Source: Escherichia coli
Lineage (GTDB): Bacteria > Pseudomonadota > Gammaproteobacteria > Enterobacterales > Enterobacteriaceae
Length of the DNA stretch: 42,047 bases
Direction: 5' to 3' (one strand)
Assembly: GCF_051903065.1 (NCBI RefSeq)
Contig: NZ_CP178441.1
Shown here: piece after piece, positions 33,888 to 42,047 of the stretch
Position numbering within the stretch: position 1 is the first letter of the stretch
Layout: the number at the start of each line of letters is the position of its first letter
The notes under the pieces: generated by a model
Database searches by the model: none
Told to the model about the DNA's origin: nothing
Seen by the model: the letters and a program-made list of their open reading frames with translations, nothing else
Position numbers and translations under genes: made by a program

Positions 33888-36427
33888 GCAGCAACCTCAT
33901 ACTCGTAATCATTTAAGTCCAGTCCCTTAGTGCGTAGCCATTCATCAACCCAGCCATCACCGTATGTTTCAGACAGTTGTTTAATTGTTGCGATTGAATC
34001 GGGATCTGTGGCTCCTACAAATGCCAACGCAAGTGGCCCTAGTGCAAGCTGATACAGGCGACGACCTTGTTCGGATACATAGTAGTAATCGCGTTTTGGT
34101 ACAGCTGACGCGATGATTTCAATTTGGCGGCGATTAAGCCCCATATTGATATACAGAGACATAGCTTCTTCCTGCAGGGCATTGCCGTTTGGCAAGAAAA
34201 ATCTGGAGGCAGTTGACTCAATAATGACATCAAGAATGCCAGAATTGGCCGCATCACTAAGCTGCTGAGTTGCCATAAGAACAGCGCAGTTTTTCTTCGC
34301 CATGGATTTAAGCCAGTCGCGGATTTTTCCCCTGAATTCTGGATGACCCAGCATGAGCCAAGCCTCATCAAGAATGATGAGTGTAGGATTACCATCCAGA
34401 GATTCTTCAATGCGACGAAAGAGATAGAGCAGCACAGGTAGTGCGTATTTCTGATCCATGTTCATAAGGTGTTCAATCTCGAACGTCATGAAATCAGAAA
34501 TATCAAGACCATCTTCCTCTGCATCAAGCAGATGCCCCATGTTGCCATCAATGGTGTATTGTTTGAGCGCCTCACGAATAACATTGTTCTGTACCGTGAC
34601 TGTAAATTCAGACAGGGTTTTGGAATGAGTCTCAGACATACTCTTAATAGCATCAGCTATAGAGTTGCGCATAGGTGCGTCAACATTGACCCCATTTAGG
34701 ATCAGAATGGCTTCAATCCATTCCATCGCCCATGTGCGGCGAGTAGGGGTATCAAGGCGTGATAAAGGTGCAAACGCCAGTTGGTTATCATCACCGGCAA
34801 TCGTGAAATGTTTTCCACCTACAGCCTTGCAGGTTGCAAACATCGACAGTCCTTTATCGAAAGTGAAAATTCGCGAATTAGAGTAACGACGCCACTGCAT
34901 AGCGGTTAACGCCAGGTGGGTAGACTTACCTGCACGGGTTGGCCCAAACATGAAAGCGTGGCCGAGATCACGAACATGTAGGTTAAGTCTGAACGGAGTG
35001 TTTCCAGAAGTAACGCAGTGTGTTAATGGCGGTGCACCTACTTCGAATAGCGGACTTGGGGCTTTATTTTCGCCCGGCCAGATAGTGCTGGTTGGCATCA
35101 GATCGGCAAGGTTAAGAGTGTTTACCAGCGGTCGCCGTACGTTTTCAACACCGTGGCCTGGTAAGGAACCAAAGTAGGCATCCACCGTATTTACTGTTTC
35201 AATTCTCGCAGCGAAGCCAGTATTGTTAACAGCCTTGCGCATAAACTCTGCGGCATCCTCGACCTTCTGGCGGTCCTCATTCATCAGGACAATGACACTG
35301 GTTATATAACCTTGGCTGACTAAACCAGAGTTAGTTTCTGCAATAGCGGAAGATGCATCGTTGACCATGGACAAGGCGTCTTCATCAACGTAACCGTTAT
35401 TGGTATTGAATAGCTGGGACATAAAGCCGCGTACTTTCTGTTTCCATTTCCTGCGGAATGCCGTCAGTTTTGATATGGCTTCGTGAGAATCAAGGAAAAT
35501 AAAGCGCGTAGACCAGCGGTATTCACATGGCTGCTCGGCCAGCTTGCTGAGAATGCCTGGATAAGATTCAGAGGGGTAGCCTTCAATCGCCACAACCTGA
35601 ATGAAGTTTTTCCCGATACGTGGCGTGATGCCAGGAATAAACTCCTGACCACCAATGAGGCTATCCAGATAAATAGGATTGTTTGGCAGACGTATAGGAT
35701 GTTGCAGCCCCGTAATGCAATACTGCAGGTACTCCAGCTGCTGATCCATCGTTGCAACGGAGCCGTCTTCCTGTTCGATTTTCACGCCGTTCAGTCGTTC
35801 AATCGAAACAGCCTGCGAAAGGTTTGCCTGAATTATGCTGATCTCATGCTTAAATTTTTCAATGAGATTCAGCGTAGTGTCTTTATCGGTAGAAACTTCG
35901 CGTTCATCATCAAACATCAGTTCCGTGAATTTACTTTCCGCCAGTGCAGGTGGAAACCAGGTGAACGTAACGATAAAGCAGCCTTCGTACAGTTGCCCCA
36001 GCTTTTCAAACAGGCGGCGACGTTCTTCATCCACGGCAGCGGAAACTCGATCAGGAAAGTGTGAAGCGTTTCGGTCACTGTATGACGGAGCCGGATTGCG
36101 AATCGCATCAACGTGCATCATCCAGCCGTTGCCGAGTCTGCCAATTGCCTTATTAATACGAAATGAGACAAGCTCTCTTTCCTGGTCTGTCGCACTCGCG
36201 TTGTCTGCACCTTTAAAAAAGAAAGACGCCATAAAAGAACCGTTCTTACATACGATTACACCATCATCAACAACAGCGGCGTAATTAAGCATGTCGGCGA
36301 AGGATTCATCCTTTGAGCGATATTTTTTAAGGTGATATTCCTTCACCATACGCTGATAGTAAGCCAGCATCATGCCAAGCAAGATCAGCCCTATCAGCGC
36401 AACTAAAACAGGAATTGCGGTATTCAT
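33884..36427 (-). CDS. trbE: TrbE / VirB4 ATPase
   Basis: Walker A GPTRAGKSTHL. 847 aa. Synteny. Confidence 0.9.
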   Translation of the reverse strand: MNTAIPVLVALIGLILLGMMLAYYQRMVKEYHLKKYRSKDESFADMLNYAAVVDDGVIVCKNGSFMASFFFKGADNASATDQERELVSFRINKAIGRLGNGWMMHVDAIRNPAPSYSDRNASHFPDRVSAAVDEERRRLFEKLGQLYEGCFIVTFTWFPPALAESKFTELMFDDEREVSTDKDTTLNLIEKFKHEISIIQANLSQAVSIERLNGVKIEQEDGSVATMDQQLEYLQYCITGLQHPIRLPNNPIYLDSLIGGQEFIPGITPRIGKNFIQVVAIEGYPSESYPGILSKLAEQPCEYRWSTRFIFLDSHEAISKLTAFRRKWKQKVRGFMSQLFNTNNGYVDEDALSMVNDASSAIAETNSGLVSQGYITSVIVLMNEDRQKVEDAAEFMRKAVNNTGFAARIETVNTVDAYFGSLPGHGVENVRRPLVNTLNLADLMPTSTIWPGENKAPSPLFEVGAPPLTHCVTSGNTPFRLNLHVRDLGHAFMFGPTRAGKSTHLALTAMQWRRYSNSRIFTFDKGLSMFATCKAVGGKHFTIAGDDNQLAFAPLSRLDTPTRRTWAMEWIEAILILNGVNVDAPMRNSIADAIKSMSETHSKTLSEFTVTVQNNVIREALKQYTIDGNMGHLLDAEEDGLDISDFMTFEIEHLMNMDQKYALPVLLYLFRRIEESLDGNPTLIILDEAWLMLGHPEFRGKIRDWLKSMAKKNCAVLMATQQLSDAANSGILDVIIESTASRFFLPNGNALQEEAMSLYINMGLNRRQIEIIASAVPKRDYYYVSEQGRRLYQLALGPLALAFVGATDPDSIATIKQLSETYGDGWVDEWLRTKGLDLNDYEYEVAA

Positions 36428-36750
36428 TTTTTCACCCTTTCATAACGTTTGCCTTGGGTTCCTGTATTTTTGCGGAACGGCGTGGCACGGGGCGCATAAT
36501 ACGGCTGGTTGTATTTGAGGCTACGTAGATAAACATGACGTAACATCGGATCTGATTTAGCCATTTTCCTTAACAGGAAAAGTGATCCCCCCCACATCAC
36601 TATGCCTATACCAACAGCGATCCAGTCTTGTGACATAAAGATAAGGACCGCTGCCAGTAGGATTGAAAACATAACCAATTCACGGTCCCCGCCCATGAAG
36701 AGGTTCGTTCTTGAAGCCGCCCTACGAATGGGGATCGTGCGTAATGCCAT
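36424..36750 (-). CDS. trbD: TrbD / VirB3
   Basis: Small membrane protein overlapping the trbE start. Synteny. Confidence 0.75.
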   Translation of the reverse strand: MALRTIPIRRAASRTNLFMGGDRELVMFSILLAAVLIFMSQDWIAVGIGIVMWGGSLFLLRKMAKSDPMLRHVYLRSLKYNQPYYAPRATPFRKNTGTQGKRYERVKK

Positions 36751-36752
36751 GG

Positions 36753-37136
36753 TTATGCCGCTCCCCCAGTTTTAGAACCAGTCAGCATTGCTACCAGTTC
36801 GGCCCCCTGCCCTGTGATTGCAGACAAAGTGTTTTGTGCTGCAACTAGAAAGCTAAGAACAAGAACGATGAAAATCAGAGTGCGAAGGAATCCGTTCATA
36901 TCACCGCCAAAGATCAACATCGCACCTGCACCGACAATGCCGATAATGGAAGCGGTAAATGCAAATGGTCCTGTAATAGAAGTACGGATATTGGTCATCC
37001 AGTCATCGAACGGCAAGCCACCGCCTGATGTGTTTGACGCCAGAGCAGGTTCAGCTGCCATGAGGAACAGCATGGCACCTAAAAATGCAATAAAGGCGTG
37101 CTTGCTCAGATTGAAGTGGAATAAACCTGTTTTCAT
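36753..37136 (-). CDS. trbC: TrbC pilin precursor (VirB2 family)
   Basis: Core closely matches recalled RP4 pilin (LIFGG..N.F.RTLIF.VLV..LV.AQN), with a cleavable C-terminal tail. Confidence 0.85.
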   Translation of the reverse strand: MKTGLFHFNLSKHAFIAFLGAMLFLMAAEPALASNTSGGGLPFDDWMTNIRTSITGPFAFTASIIGIVGAGAMLIFGGDMNGFLRTLIFIVLVLSFLVAAQNTLSAITGQGAELVAMLTGSKTGGAA

Positions 37137-37249
37137 TAAATAACCCCTTATAAAGGTTGTTCTGGAATGATTTGAATTAGGTTGAGCTTTATGGCCTGCT
37201 CAATGGCCTGAGTTTCGTTGCTGTGTGTAGTAGATATGCCCTCCATGTT

Positions 37250-38206
37250 TTAAGCCGCAATGAGTTGGGAAATATATTCCCCGTTTTCATAACCCTGAAT
37301 CTCGCGAATTTCTTTAATCCGGCGACCCTCAGAAGTTTTAGATATCTGAACGATCACGTTGACCGCTTCGCCAATTACCGGCTCAATTTCTCGCGGAGCA
37401 AAGGGGTTACGTGAGATTAAAGAACGCAGACGCGTGAGAGCAGAAAGTGTGTTGTTGGCGTGAAGTGAGGCCGCGCCGCCCTCATGACCGGTGTTCCAGG
37501 CGTCAAGCATATCGAGAGCTTCTGGACCGCGAGTCTCGCCTACGAAAATACGGTCAGGTCGCATACGCAGGATCAGACGAAGAATGTCAGTCATAGTGAC
37601 ATTAATGGTGGTGTGATATTGAACAAAATTCAGCGCGGCGCACTGCAGTTCGCCCGTATCTTCGATAATGCAGATGCGCTCGTCTGGAAACTGACGAACT
37701 ATTTCAGCAATGATGGCGTTTAACAGCGTTGTTTTTCCTGAACCAGTACCACCAATAACTAAAATATTTTTATGAGCGGCAATTGCGCGACAAATAAAAT
37801 CAGCCTGCACCCTGGTCATTACGCCTTTATCTACATATTCATCCAGAAGGAAAATACGTGAGGCTTTCTTACGAATAGCAAAGGTTGGACCTGCAACCAG
37901 TGGCGGCAGTTGACCAGCAAAACGGGAACCGTCAATAGGGAGTTCACATTCAAGAAATGGCGAGTTGGAATCGATAATCTTTTTGTGAAAGCCCGCGATA
38001 GTTTGAATAATGGTTTTTGAACGTTGTACAGGCACAGTTCCCATGCAGAACATGGGTTGACCGAATTTTTCACGCCATAACTTACCATCTGGATTCAGCA
38101 TTATTTCTAGTGTTTCAGGATCTTCTAACGCTTCCATTAGGCTTCGTCCCATGTCCCTTTTGAGCTTTTCTATCGCTCTTAAATCGACGGAATCTACAGT
38201 GTCCAT
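37250..38206 (-). CDS. trbB: TrbB / VirB11 secretion ATPase
   Basis: Walker A GGTGSGKTTLLNA. Synteny. Confidence 0.9.
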   Translation of the reverse strand: MDTVDSVDLRAIEKLKRDMGRSLMEALEDPETLEIMLNPDGKLWREKFGQPMFCMGTVPVQRSKTIIQTIAGFHKKIIDSNSPFLECELPIDGSRFAGQLPPLVAGPTFAIRKKASRIFLLDEYVDKGVMTRVQADFICRAIAAHKNILVIGGTGSGKTTLLNAIIAEIVRQFPDERICIIEDTGELQCAALNFVQYHTTINVTMTDILRLILRMRPDRIFVGETRGPEALDMLDAWNTGHEGGAASLHANNTLSALTRLRSLISRNPFAPREIEPVIGEAVNVIVQISKTSEGRRIKEIREIQGYENGEYISQLIAA

Positions 38207-38341
38207 AATTCATCCTTTATTTTTACTGCGTTTATAATAGGAATTACGACAAACGATATAACGAAACAAGTTTTCAGGCAATAGTTAAGCAAGCATTAAA
38301 GTGAAATTATTGGTAGTTCGAAGACGGGAAAGGGGATGTTT

Positions 38342-38354
38342 TTTAGCGGCTAAA
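38342..38354. promoter_or_regulatory. KorB-type operator TTTAGCGGCTAAA in the trbB promoter region
   Basis: Perfect OB consensus between trbA and trbB, as in RK2. Confidence 0.6.
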
Positions 38355-38388
38355 ATCTGCATCCCTGCAGTCCCATTCCTTTTTGGCG

Positions 38389-38793
38389 TTAACTGTTTTT
38401 CTTTTCTTGCATGATCTCCAGCATTGCTTTGGCTTCTTGCTCTAACTTCTGACGTGTATGTTCACTCCACATTCGTACCCGAAAGGCTTGCTGTTCAGAA
38501 AGAATTACGGACACTCTTACATATCCAGGAGGGAGACTTTTTACAGGTTTTCCATCAGCCATAAGCATAAGACTGTGTTCATCAAGGTCAGTTGTTTCAA
38601 GGAGAACGGGAAGGGCTACATCGAGGGCATTAGCAATGGATTCCATCACCCTTAAAGATGGGTTCGCTTTTCCATTTGTTAGGTCCGACAAAAAAGAGAT
38701 TGAAACCCCAGCTTTTTGGGATAGTTCCTGCTTTGTCATGTCTCTTTCTTCAAGAAGTCTGAGGATGTTAGTAAAAAAAATTAGGTTGTACAC
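38389..38793 (-). CDS. trbA: TrbA repressor (XRE HTH plus KorA-like C-terminal domain); likely GTG start
   Basis: HTH MTKQELSQKAGVSISFLSDLTNGK and C-terminal PPGYVRVSVILSEQQAFRVRMW, which matches the KorA C-domain motif. Confidence 0.75.
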   Translation of the reverse strand: MYNLIFFTNILRLLEERDMTKQELSQKAGVSISFLSDLTNGKANPSLRVMESIANALDVALPVLLETTDLDEHSLMLMADGKPVKSLPPGYVRVSVILSEQQAFRVRMWSEHTRQKLEQEAKAMLEIMQEKKNS

Positions 38794-38818
38794 GATACGC
38801 TTACGCCTCGATGTAAAT

Positions 38819-38863
38819 TTTAGCGGCTAAAATATTGACCGAATTAAATTGTTTAGCTAAACT
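38819..38863 (+). promoter_or_regulatory. ssb-trfA promoter region: OB (38819..38831), -35 TTGACC (38835..38840), KorA operator GTTTAGCTAAAC (38851..38862) overlapping -10 TAAACT
   Basis: Same operator/hexamer geometry as the korA promoter at 2661..2706. Corresponds to the RK2 trfA promoter, divergent from trbA. Confidence 0.7.
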
Positions 38864-38897
38864 CTGTATTCCTTAGTCACAGAAATAGAGACTGCAT

Positions 38898-39272
38898 ATG
38901 AAAAATCTTAATCGTTTTCAGTTTATCGGAAATCTAACAAAAGACACAGAGTTACGGTATACAGCAAAAAGCACACCAATCGCAATTTTCGATATAGCGG
39001 TTAACGGGAGCTATAAAGATCAGGAAACCGGTGAAATTAAGGAATATACCGACTTTTTCCGCATCAAGGTATGGGGTAAGGCTGCAGAAAACGCTGCAAA
39101 GTTCCTAGGGAAAGGCTCGCAGGTCTTTGTAGAAGGTTCTATGCGTAACACCCAGTATGAATCAAACGGCCAAAAAGTGTATGGCATCGATTACATTGCA
39201 GAGAATATTCAGTATTTAAATATAAAATCCCCGGCAAGCAGTTCCGCAGTTGCAGGTAAGAAAACTGATTGA
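38898..39272 (+). CDS. ssb: single-stranded DNA-binding protein (OB fold, no acidic tail)
   Basis: SSB-like OB-fold sequence. Position upstream of trfA as in RK2. Confidence 0.75.
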   Translation: MKNLNRFQFIGNLTKDTELRYTAKSTPIAIFDIAVNGSYKDQETGEIKEYTDFFRIKVWGKAAENAAKFLGKGSQVFVEGSMRNTQYESNGQKVYGIDYIAENIQYLNIKSPASSSAVAGKKTD

Positions 39273-39295
39273 TGGGGCAAGATGGTATAGAATGG

Positions 39296-39318
39296 AAGGC
39301 CCGATGAGGGCCTTTTCT
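39296..39318 (+). terminator. hairpin/attenuator between ssb and trfA (AAGGCCC-GATGA-GGGCCTT then TTCT)
   Basis: 7-bp stem with a short T-rich tail. Confidence 0.4.
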
Positions 39319-39346
39319 CAATGCGCTTCAAAGCGGTGAGGCACTT

Positions 39347-40225
39347 ATGAAGAATGACAATAATAATTCTGAACTTGAAAAGCTAAAAAAGGCAGCGCTT
39401 GATCAGCGCTCCAGAATGGCGAATGAAGGGCAGACAGAGAAGCAACTGACGCTATTTGACATTGCACCATGGCCGGATTCGATGCGGGCATTACCTAACG
39501 ATTATGCTCGTTCTGCTCTGTTTACTGTCAAGAATAAACGTCAGCCCCGTGAAGCACTGCAGAAGAAAGAGATTTTCCACATTAATAAAGATGTGCGGAT
39601 CACCTATACCGGGCTTGAGTTACGTGCTGATGACGATGAACTTGTGTGGCAGCAGGTTCTTGAATACGCCAAAAGGAAACCAATGGGTGAACCTATTACC
39701 TTCACGTTTTACGAACTTTGCCAGGATCTAGGCTGGTCTTATAATGGTCGTTATATAGAAAAGGCCGAGGAGTGCCTAACACGCCTACAGGCAACAGCCA
39801 TGCAATTTATTTCTGAGCGTGTCGGTCAACTGGAGTCTGTTTCATTGATTGGTCGCTTTCGCGTTCTTGACCGTGGGAAACGGTCGTCAAGATGTGAAGT
39901 CATCATTGATAAAGAGATGGTTTTGCTTTTTGCAGGTGAGCACTATTCAAAGTTTGTGTGGGAGAAATACCGTAAACTTTCACCTACAGCTCGCCGCCTC
40001 TTTGATTACTTTGGTTCTCACCGGGAGCCATATCCTATGAAATTAGATACATTCAAGATGATGTGTGGCTCGGAATCCGACCGCCTGAAAAAGTGGCGAG
40101 AGCAGGTTAATAAAGCATGTGCTGAGCTTAAAGATAGTGGGTTAATTCATAGTGCTTGGATAGATAAAGATCGTATTCATTGCAAACGAACTAACGATGC
40201 CGCAGCGAGGAATGGTGACACTTGA
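39347..40225 (+). CDS. trfA: TrfA replication initiator (iteron-binding Rep)
   Basis: Very close to recalled RK2 TrfA (LFDIAPWPD, ITFTFYELCQDLGW, KYRKLSPTARR). Cognate iterons follow immediately. Confidence 0.9.
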   Translation: MKNDNNNSELEKLKKAALDQRSRMANEGQTEKQLTLFDIAPWPDSMRALPNDYARSALFTVKNKRQPREALQKKEIFHINKDVRITYTGLELRADDDELVWQQVLEYAKRKPMGEPITFTFYELCQDLGWSYNGRYIEKAEECLTRLQATAMQFISERVGQLESVSLIGRFRVLDRGKRSSRCEVIIDKEMVLLFAGEHYSKFVWEKYRKLSPTARRLFDYFGSHREPYPMKLDTFKMMCGSESDRLKKWREQVNKACAELKDSGLIHSAWIDKDRIHCKRTNDAAARNGDT

Positions 40226-40540
40226 GGGGCACATATTTTTTTTATGACAGTTGAGGGGCGCTTTATTGCGCCCTTCTTTGTTTAGGACGAGTTTAGCCCG
40301 CACGAAATTTTGTTTAGGCGTATAGAGCTTAACCAGACGTTAGAATTATCCCCTTAATTTGTGGATAAGTCTGTTAATATCCCGGTAAAGATACGACATT
40401 TAAGGGGCGGAAAGGTGACACTTGAGGGGCGCTATTATGACATATGAAGGGCGCTATCATGATATTTGAGGGGCGGAAAGGTGACACTTGAGGGGCGCTA
40501 TTATGACATATGAAGGGCACTATCATGACATTTGAGGGGC
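40216..40540 (+). repeat. oriV iterons: nine copies of TGACA-N-TTGAGGGGC-like 15-17-mers (two at 40216..40259; seven at exact 22-bp spacing from 40394 to 40540)
   Basis: Repeat sequence matches the RK2 iteron consensus. 22-bp periodicity read directly. The first iteron overlaps the trfA stop codon. Confidence 0.85.
40360..40368 (-). promoter_or_regulatory. DnaA box (TTATCCACA on the minus strand); a second near-consensus box at 40544..40552
   Basis: Exact 9-mer consensus read between the two iteron groups. Confidence 0.55.
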
Positions 40541-40680
40541 GCTTGTGGATATGATTTTCCATGTTTTTCATATTGATACAGTTGTTTTCCACAACCCTCT
40601 AACCAGATCTTAACCGATCTTTTAACCGATCTTTTAACCATTTCTAACCAAAAGAAATAACCTGTTATTTTAACCGGCGT
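40541..40680. other. oriV A+T-rich region with tandem AACCGATCTTTT-like repeats (candidate DNA unwinding element)
   Basis: Approximately 12-13-bp direct repeats between 40601 and 40672, immediately after the iterons. Confidence 0.5.
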
Positions 40681-40800
40681 CATAGACGCCCCCGAAGGGG
40701 GGAAACCCCCCTTCTCAATCCCACCCGGCCGCAAGCGGCCTCCCATCCCCCCAGGGGCAAGCCCCTCGACCGCAAGCGGTCTTCACCCCAAATTTTTCTC
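40681..40800. other. oriV G+C-rich segment with G/C runs and two copies of CCGCAAGCGG
   Basis: Read directly. RK2 oriV has an analogous G+C-rich block after the A+T-rich region. Confidence 0.45.
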
Positions 40801-41298
40801 ACTCGCTTCGCGAGCTTAGGCCGCTTCGCTCTGCCAGAGATAAATCTCTGGCCAACCACACCAACCAACGTGCAAAACATTCAATTCTTAAAAATTCCTC
40901 ACCAAAACAGCTTGATAAGTACTCGCTTGAATTACCAAGCACACTTCGAAATTCCGTATTCGCTATAAACTCGAAAAGTTTTACACCAAGGAAAAGCCGT
41001 TTAAGGGGTTCCAAGCCGGAAACGGGGTTTGAGGGCCAACCGTACGAAAACGTACGGTAAGGGGGCCGCTTGGCATTCGGAAAATAAACCACGTTAAGAC
41101 TATTTTTTAGCCAAAAGACTTTTAGAAATCGCCAGAATGGCGGGACAACAGCAGTTTTGGTGTCCGAAATCGTACAATTTTTACGTTCAGTAAGTTAGCT
41201 GGCCTGGATGTAACCATCCGTTCAACTCAATTCTCTTGGCGTGGGAAAATTTCCGAATTCCAAGCTGATCCCTGCTACGGCTCCATCAATAATAATGC

Positions 41299-41327
41299 TT
41301 GAACAATAGGACAAAATGTCCTATTAT
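41299..41327 (+). promoter_or_regulatory. klcA promoter TTGAAC-17-TATTAT overlapped by KorC-type operator TAGGACAAAATGTCCTA (41307..41323)
   Basis: Hexamers plus a perfect-arm 17-bp palindrome. Same geometry as the promoter at 1246..1275. Confidence 0.6.
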
Positions 41328-41376
41328 GTGTTTGAAGGCCGAGTATATCACTCAGGTCAAATACCGGAGAACTCCG

Positions 41377-41844
41377 ATGAATAATGAAGTTATCGTTACT
41401 GCTCGTAAACTTACAGATTATGAAGAACGCCTGATGTTTATGCCGAAATTCTTCGGCCAATATTGGCTTTTTGTGGAAAACCACACTTATAACTGGATGC
41501 GTAAATTAAGTCCTGAAAATAAAAGCCAATATTTAAGTAGTGCGCTGGATAAAATTGAAGCCCATTACGATGGTGGTGAGTGGGATTTTTATGAACTTTC
41601 AAATGGTGGTTATTTTATGGCACCAAACAGCCGTGAACATTACCGTATTTCTGTCCAGGGTAATTACTTTGACGGTTTGTTAAGCGCAGAAGCTGCAGGT
41701 ATGGTGGCAACCAGTTTTGTGCTGGCCCAGCTTGCTAATTCTAATCTGCCATTTTCAGAAAAATGCTGTGCTTATTATCATCAGCTGTTTGATTACGCCA
41801 GCGGGCATCAAGAATATGCGCAGTTCCGTGCTGCCATCGATTAA
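41377..41844 (+). CDS. klcA: KlcA (ArdB/KlcA-family antirestriction protein); ORF track start 41299 is an extension through the promoter
   Basis: Similarity to recalled RK2 KlcA (...YELSNGGYFMAP..., AEAAGMVATSFVLAQLA). GGAGA RBS before the ATG at 41377. Confidence 0.8.
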   Translation: MNNEVIVTARKLTDYEERLMFMPKFFGQYWLFVENHTYNWMRKLSPENKSQYLSSALDKIEAHYDGGEWDFYELSNGGYFMAPNSREHYRISVQGNYFDGLLSAEAAGMVATSFVLAQLANSNLPFSEKCCAYYHQLFDYASGHQEYAQFRAAID

Positions 41845-41854
41845 GTGAGTCTTT

Positions 41855-41880
41855 ATCCCCTGCTCTGCAGGGGATTTTTC
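41855..41880 (+). terminator. hairpin plus T-run after klcA (ATCCCCTGC-TCT-GCAGGGGAT TTTT)
   Basis: 9-bp perfect stem followed by T-run. May act as an attenuator before klcB. Confidence 0.6.
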
Positions 41881-41891
41881 AGGGGGTTAAT

Positions 41892-42047
41892 ATGTCCAAA
41901 CATTATCCTGGCGATGACTCTCGCGATCAGCAAATGGAAGCCATTGCGCAGCAACTGCCGGACGACCATCGCATTCTTGACGTGGCATACTCAGCGCTAA
42001 TTGATTTGAATAAAGCCTGTATGACCGGCGATCCGCAACAGCGTCAT
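41892..42047 (+). CDS. klcB: 5' part of the klcB-like gene (runs off the window end; in frame with 1..963 if the molecule is circular)
   Basis: AGGGGG RBS and ATG at 41892. ORF is open to the last base of the window with an exact number of codons. Confidence 0.5.
   Translation, partial: MSKHYPGDDSRDQQMEAIAQQLPDDHRILDVAYSALIDLNKACMTGDPQQRH

Noticed and set aside
35483-36284. Plus-strand ORFs of 193 aa and 149 aa inside trbE
   Set aside because: Nested antisense to the VirB4 ATPase gene, with no independent coding signal.
40216-40540. Regularly spaced direct repeats that could be mistaken for a CRISPR array
   Set aside because: Repeats are 15-17 bp at 22-bp period and match the RK2 iteron consensus; they sit next to trfA with DnaA boxes, so they are origin iterons, not CRISPR repeats.
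40501-41092. Minus-strand ORFs (81, 66 and 97 aa) across the oriV G+C-rich region
   Set aside because: They lie in the iteron and G+C-rich origin sequence, with Gly/Arg/Pro-rich translations characteristic of G+C-rich non-coding DNA.
1-42047. Search for antibiotic resistance genes, transposases, integrases, IS elements, tRNA or rRNA genes
   Set aside because: No product with recognisable motifs of these classes was found in any frame. The only recombinase is a small serine resolvase without flanking inverted repeats I could identify.

Overview
The window reads as an essentially complete IncP-1 (RK2/RP4-type) broad-host-range plasmid backbone, about 42 kb, with no recognisable resistance genes, transposons, integrons, CRISPR arrays, tRNAs or rRNAs. 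It appears linearised inside a klcB-like gene, whose 3' part is at 1..963 and whose 5' part is at 41892..42047 in the same frame. Gene order is klcB-korC, a kle-position block (membrane protein plus a zeta-toxin-like kinase pair), korA-incC-korB, a degraded region, two kfr-position ORFs, traM-traL-traK on the minus strand, oriT (RP4-like nic region near 8561/8562), traJ-traI with an embedded out-of-frame ORF, traG-traF, a two-gene small insert, topoisomerase III, a small acidic ORF, an unusually long ArdC-like protein, primase, a 5.4-kb AT-richer accessory region (21.3-26.7 kb), a complete trbN-to-trbB mating-pair-formation operon on the minus strand, trbA, ssb-trfA, oriV with 17-bp iterons at 22-bp spacing, and klcA. 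Three operator classes recur across the replicon: eleven 13-bp KorB-type palindromes (TTTAGCNGCTAAA), two KorA-type GTTTAGCTAAAC sites overlapping -10 hexamers, and four KorC-type 17-bp palindromes (TAGGACA-N3-TGTCCTA). The most interesting content is the KorC-wired accessory locus with two paralogous RHH-domain proteins and small membrane peptides, the zeta-like toxin pair, the small inserts in the Tra1 operon, the long ArdC, and the out-of-frame gene inside traI. All identifications rest on reading motifs and synteny by eye and on recalled RK2/RP4 sequences; nothing was searched against a database.
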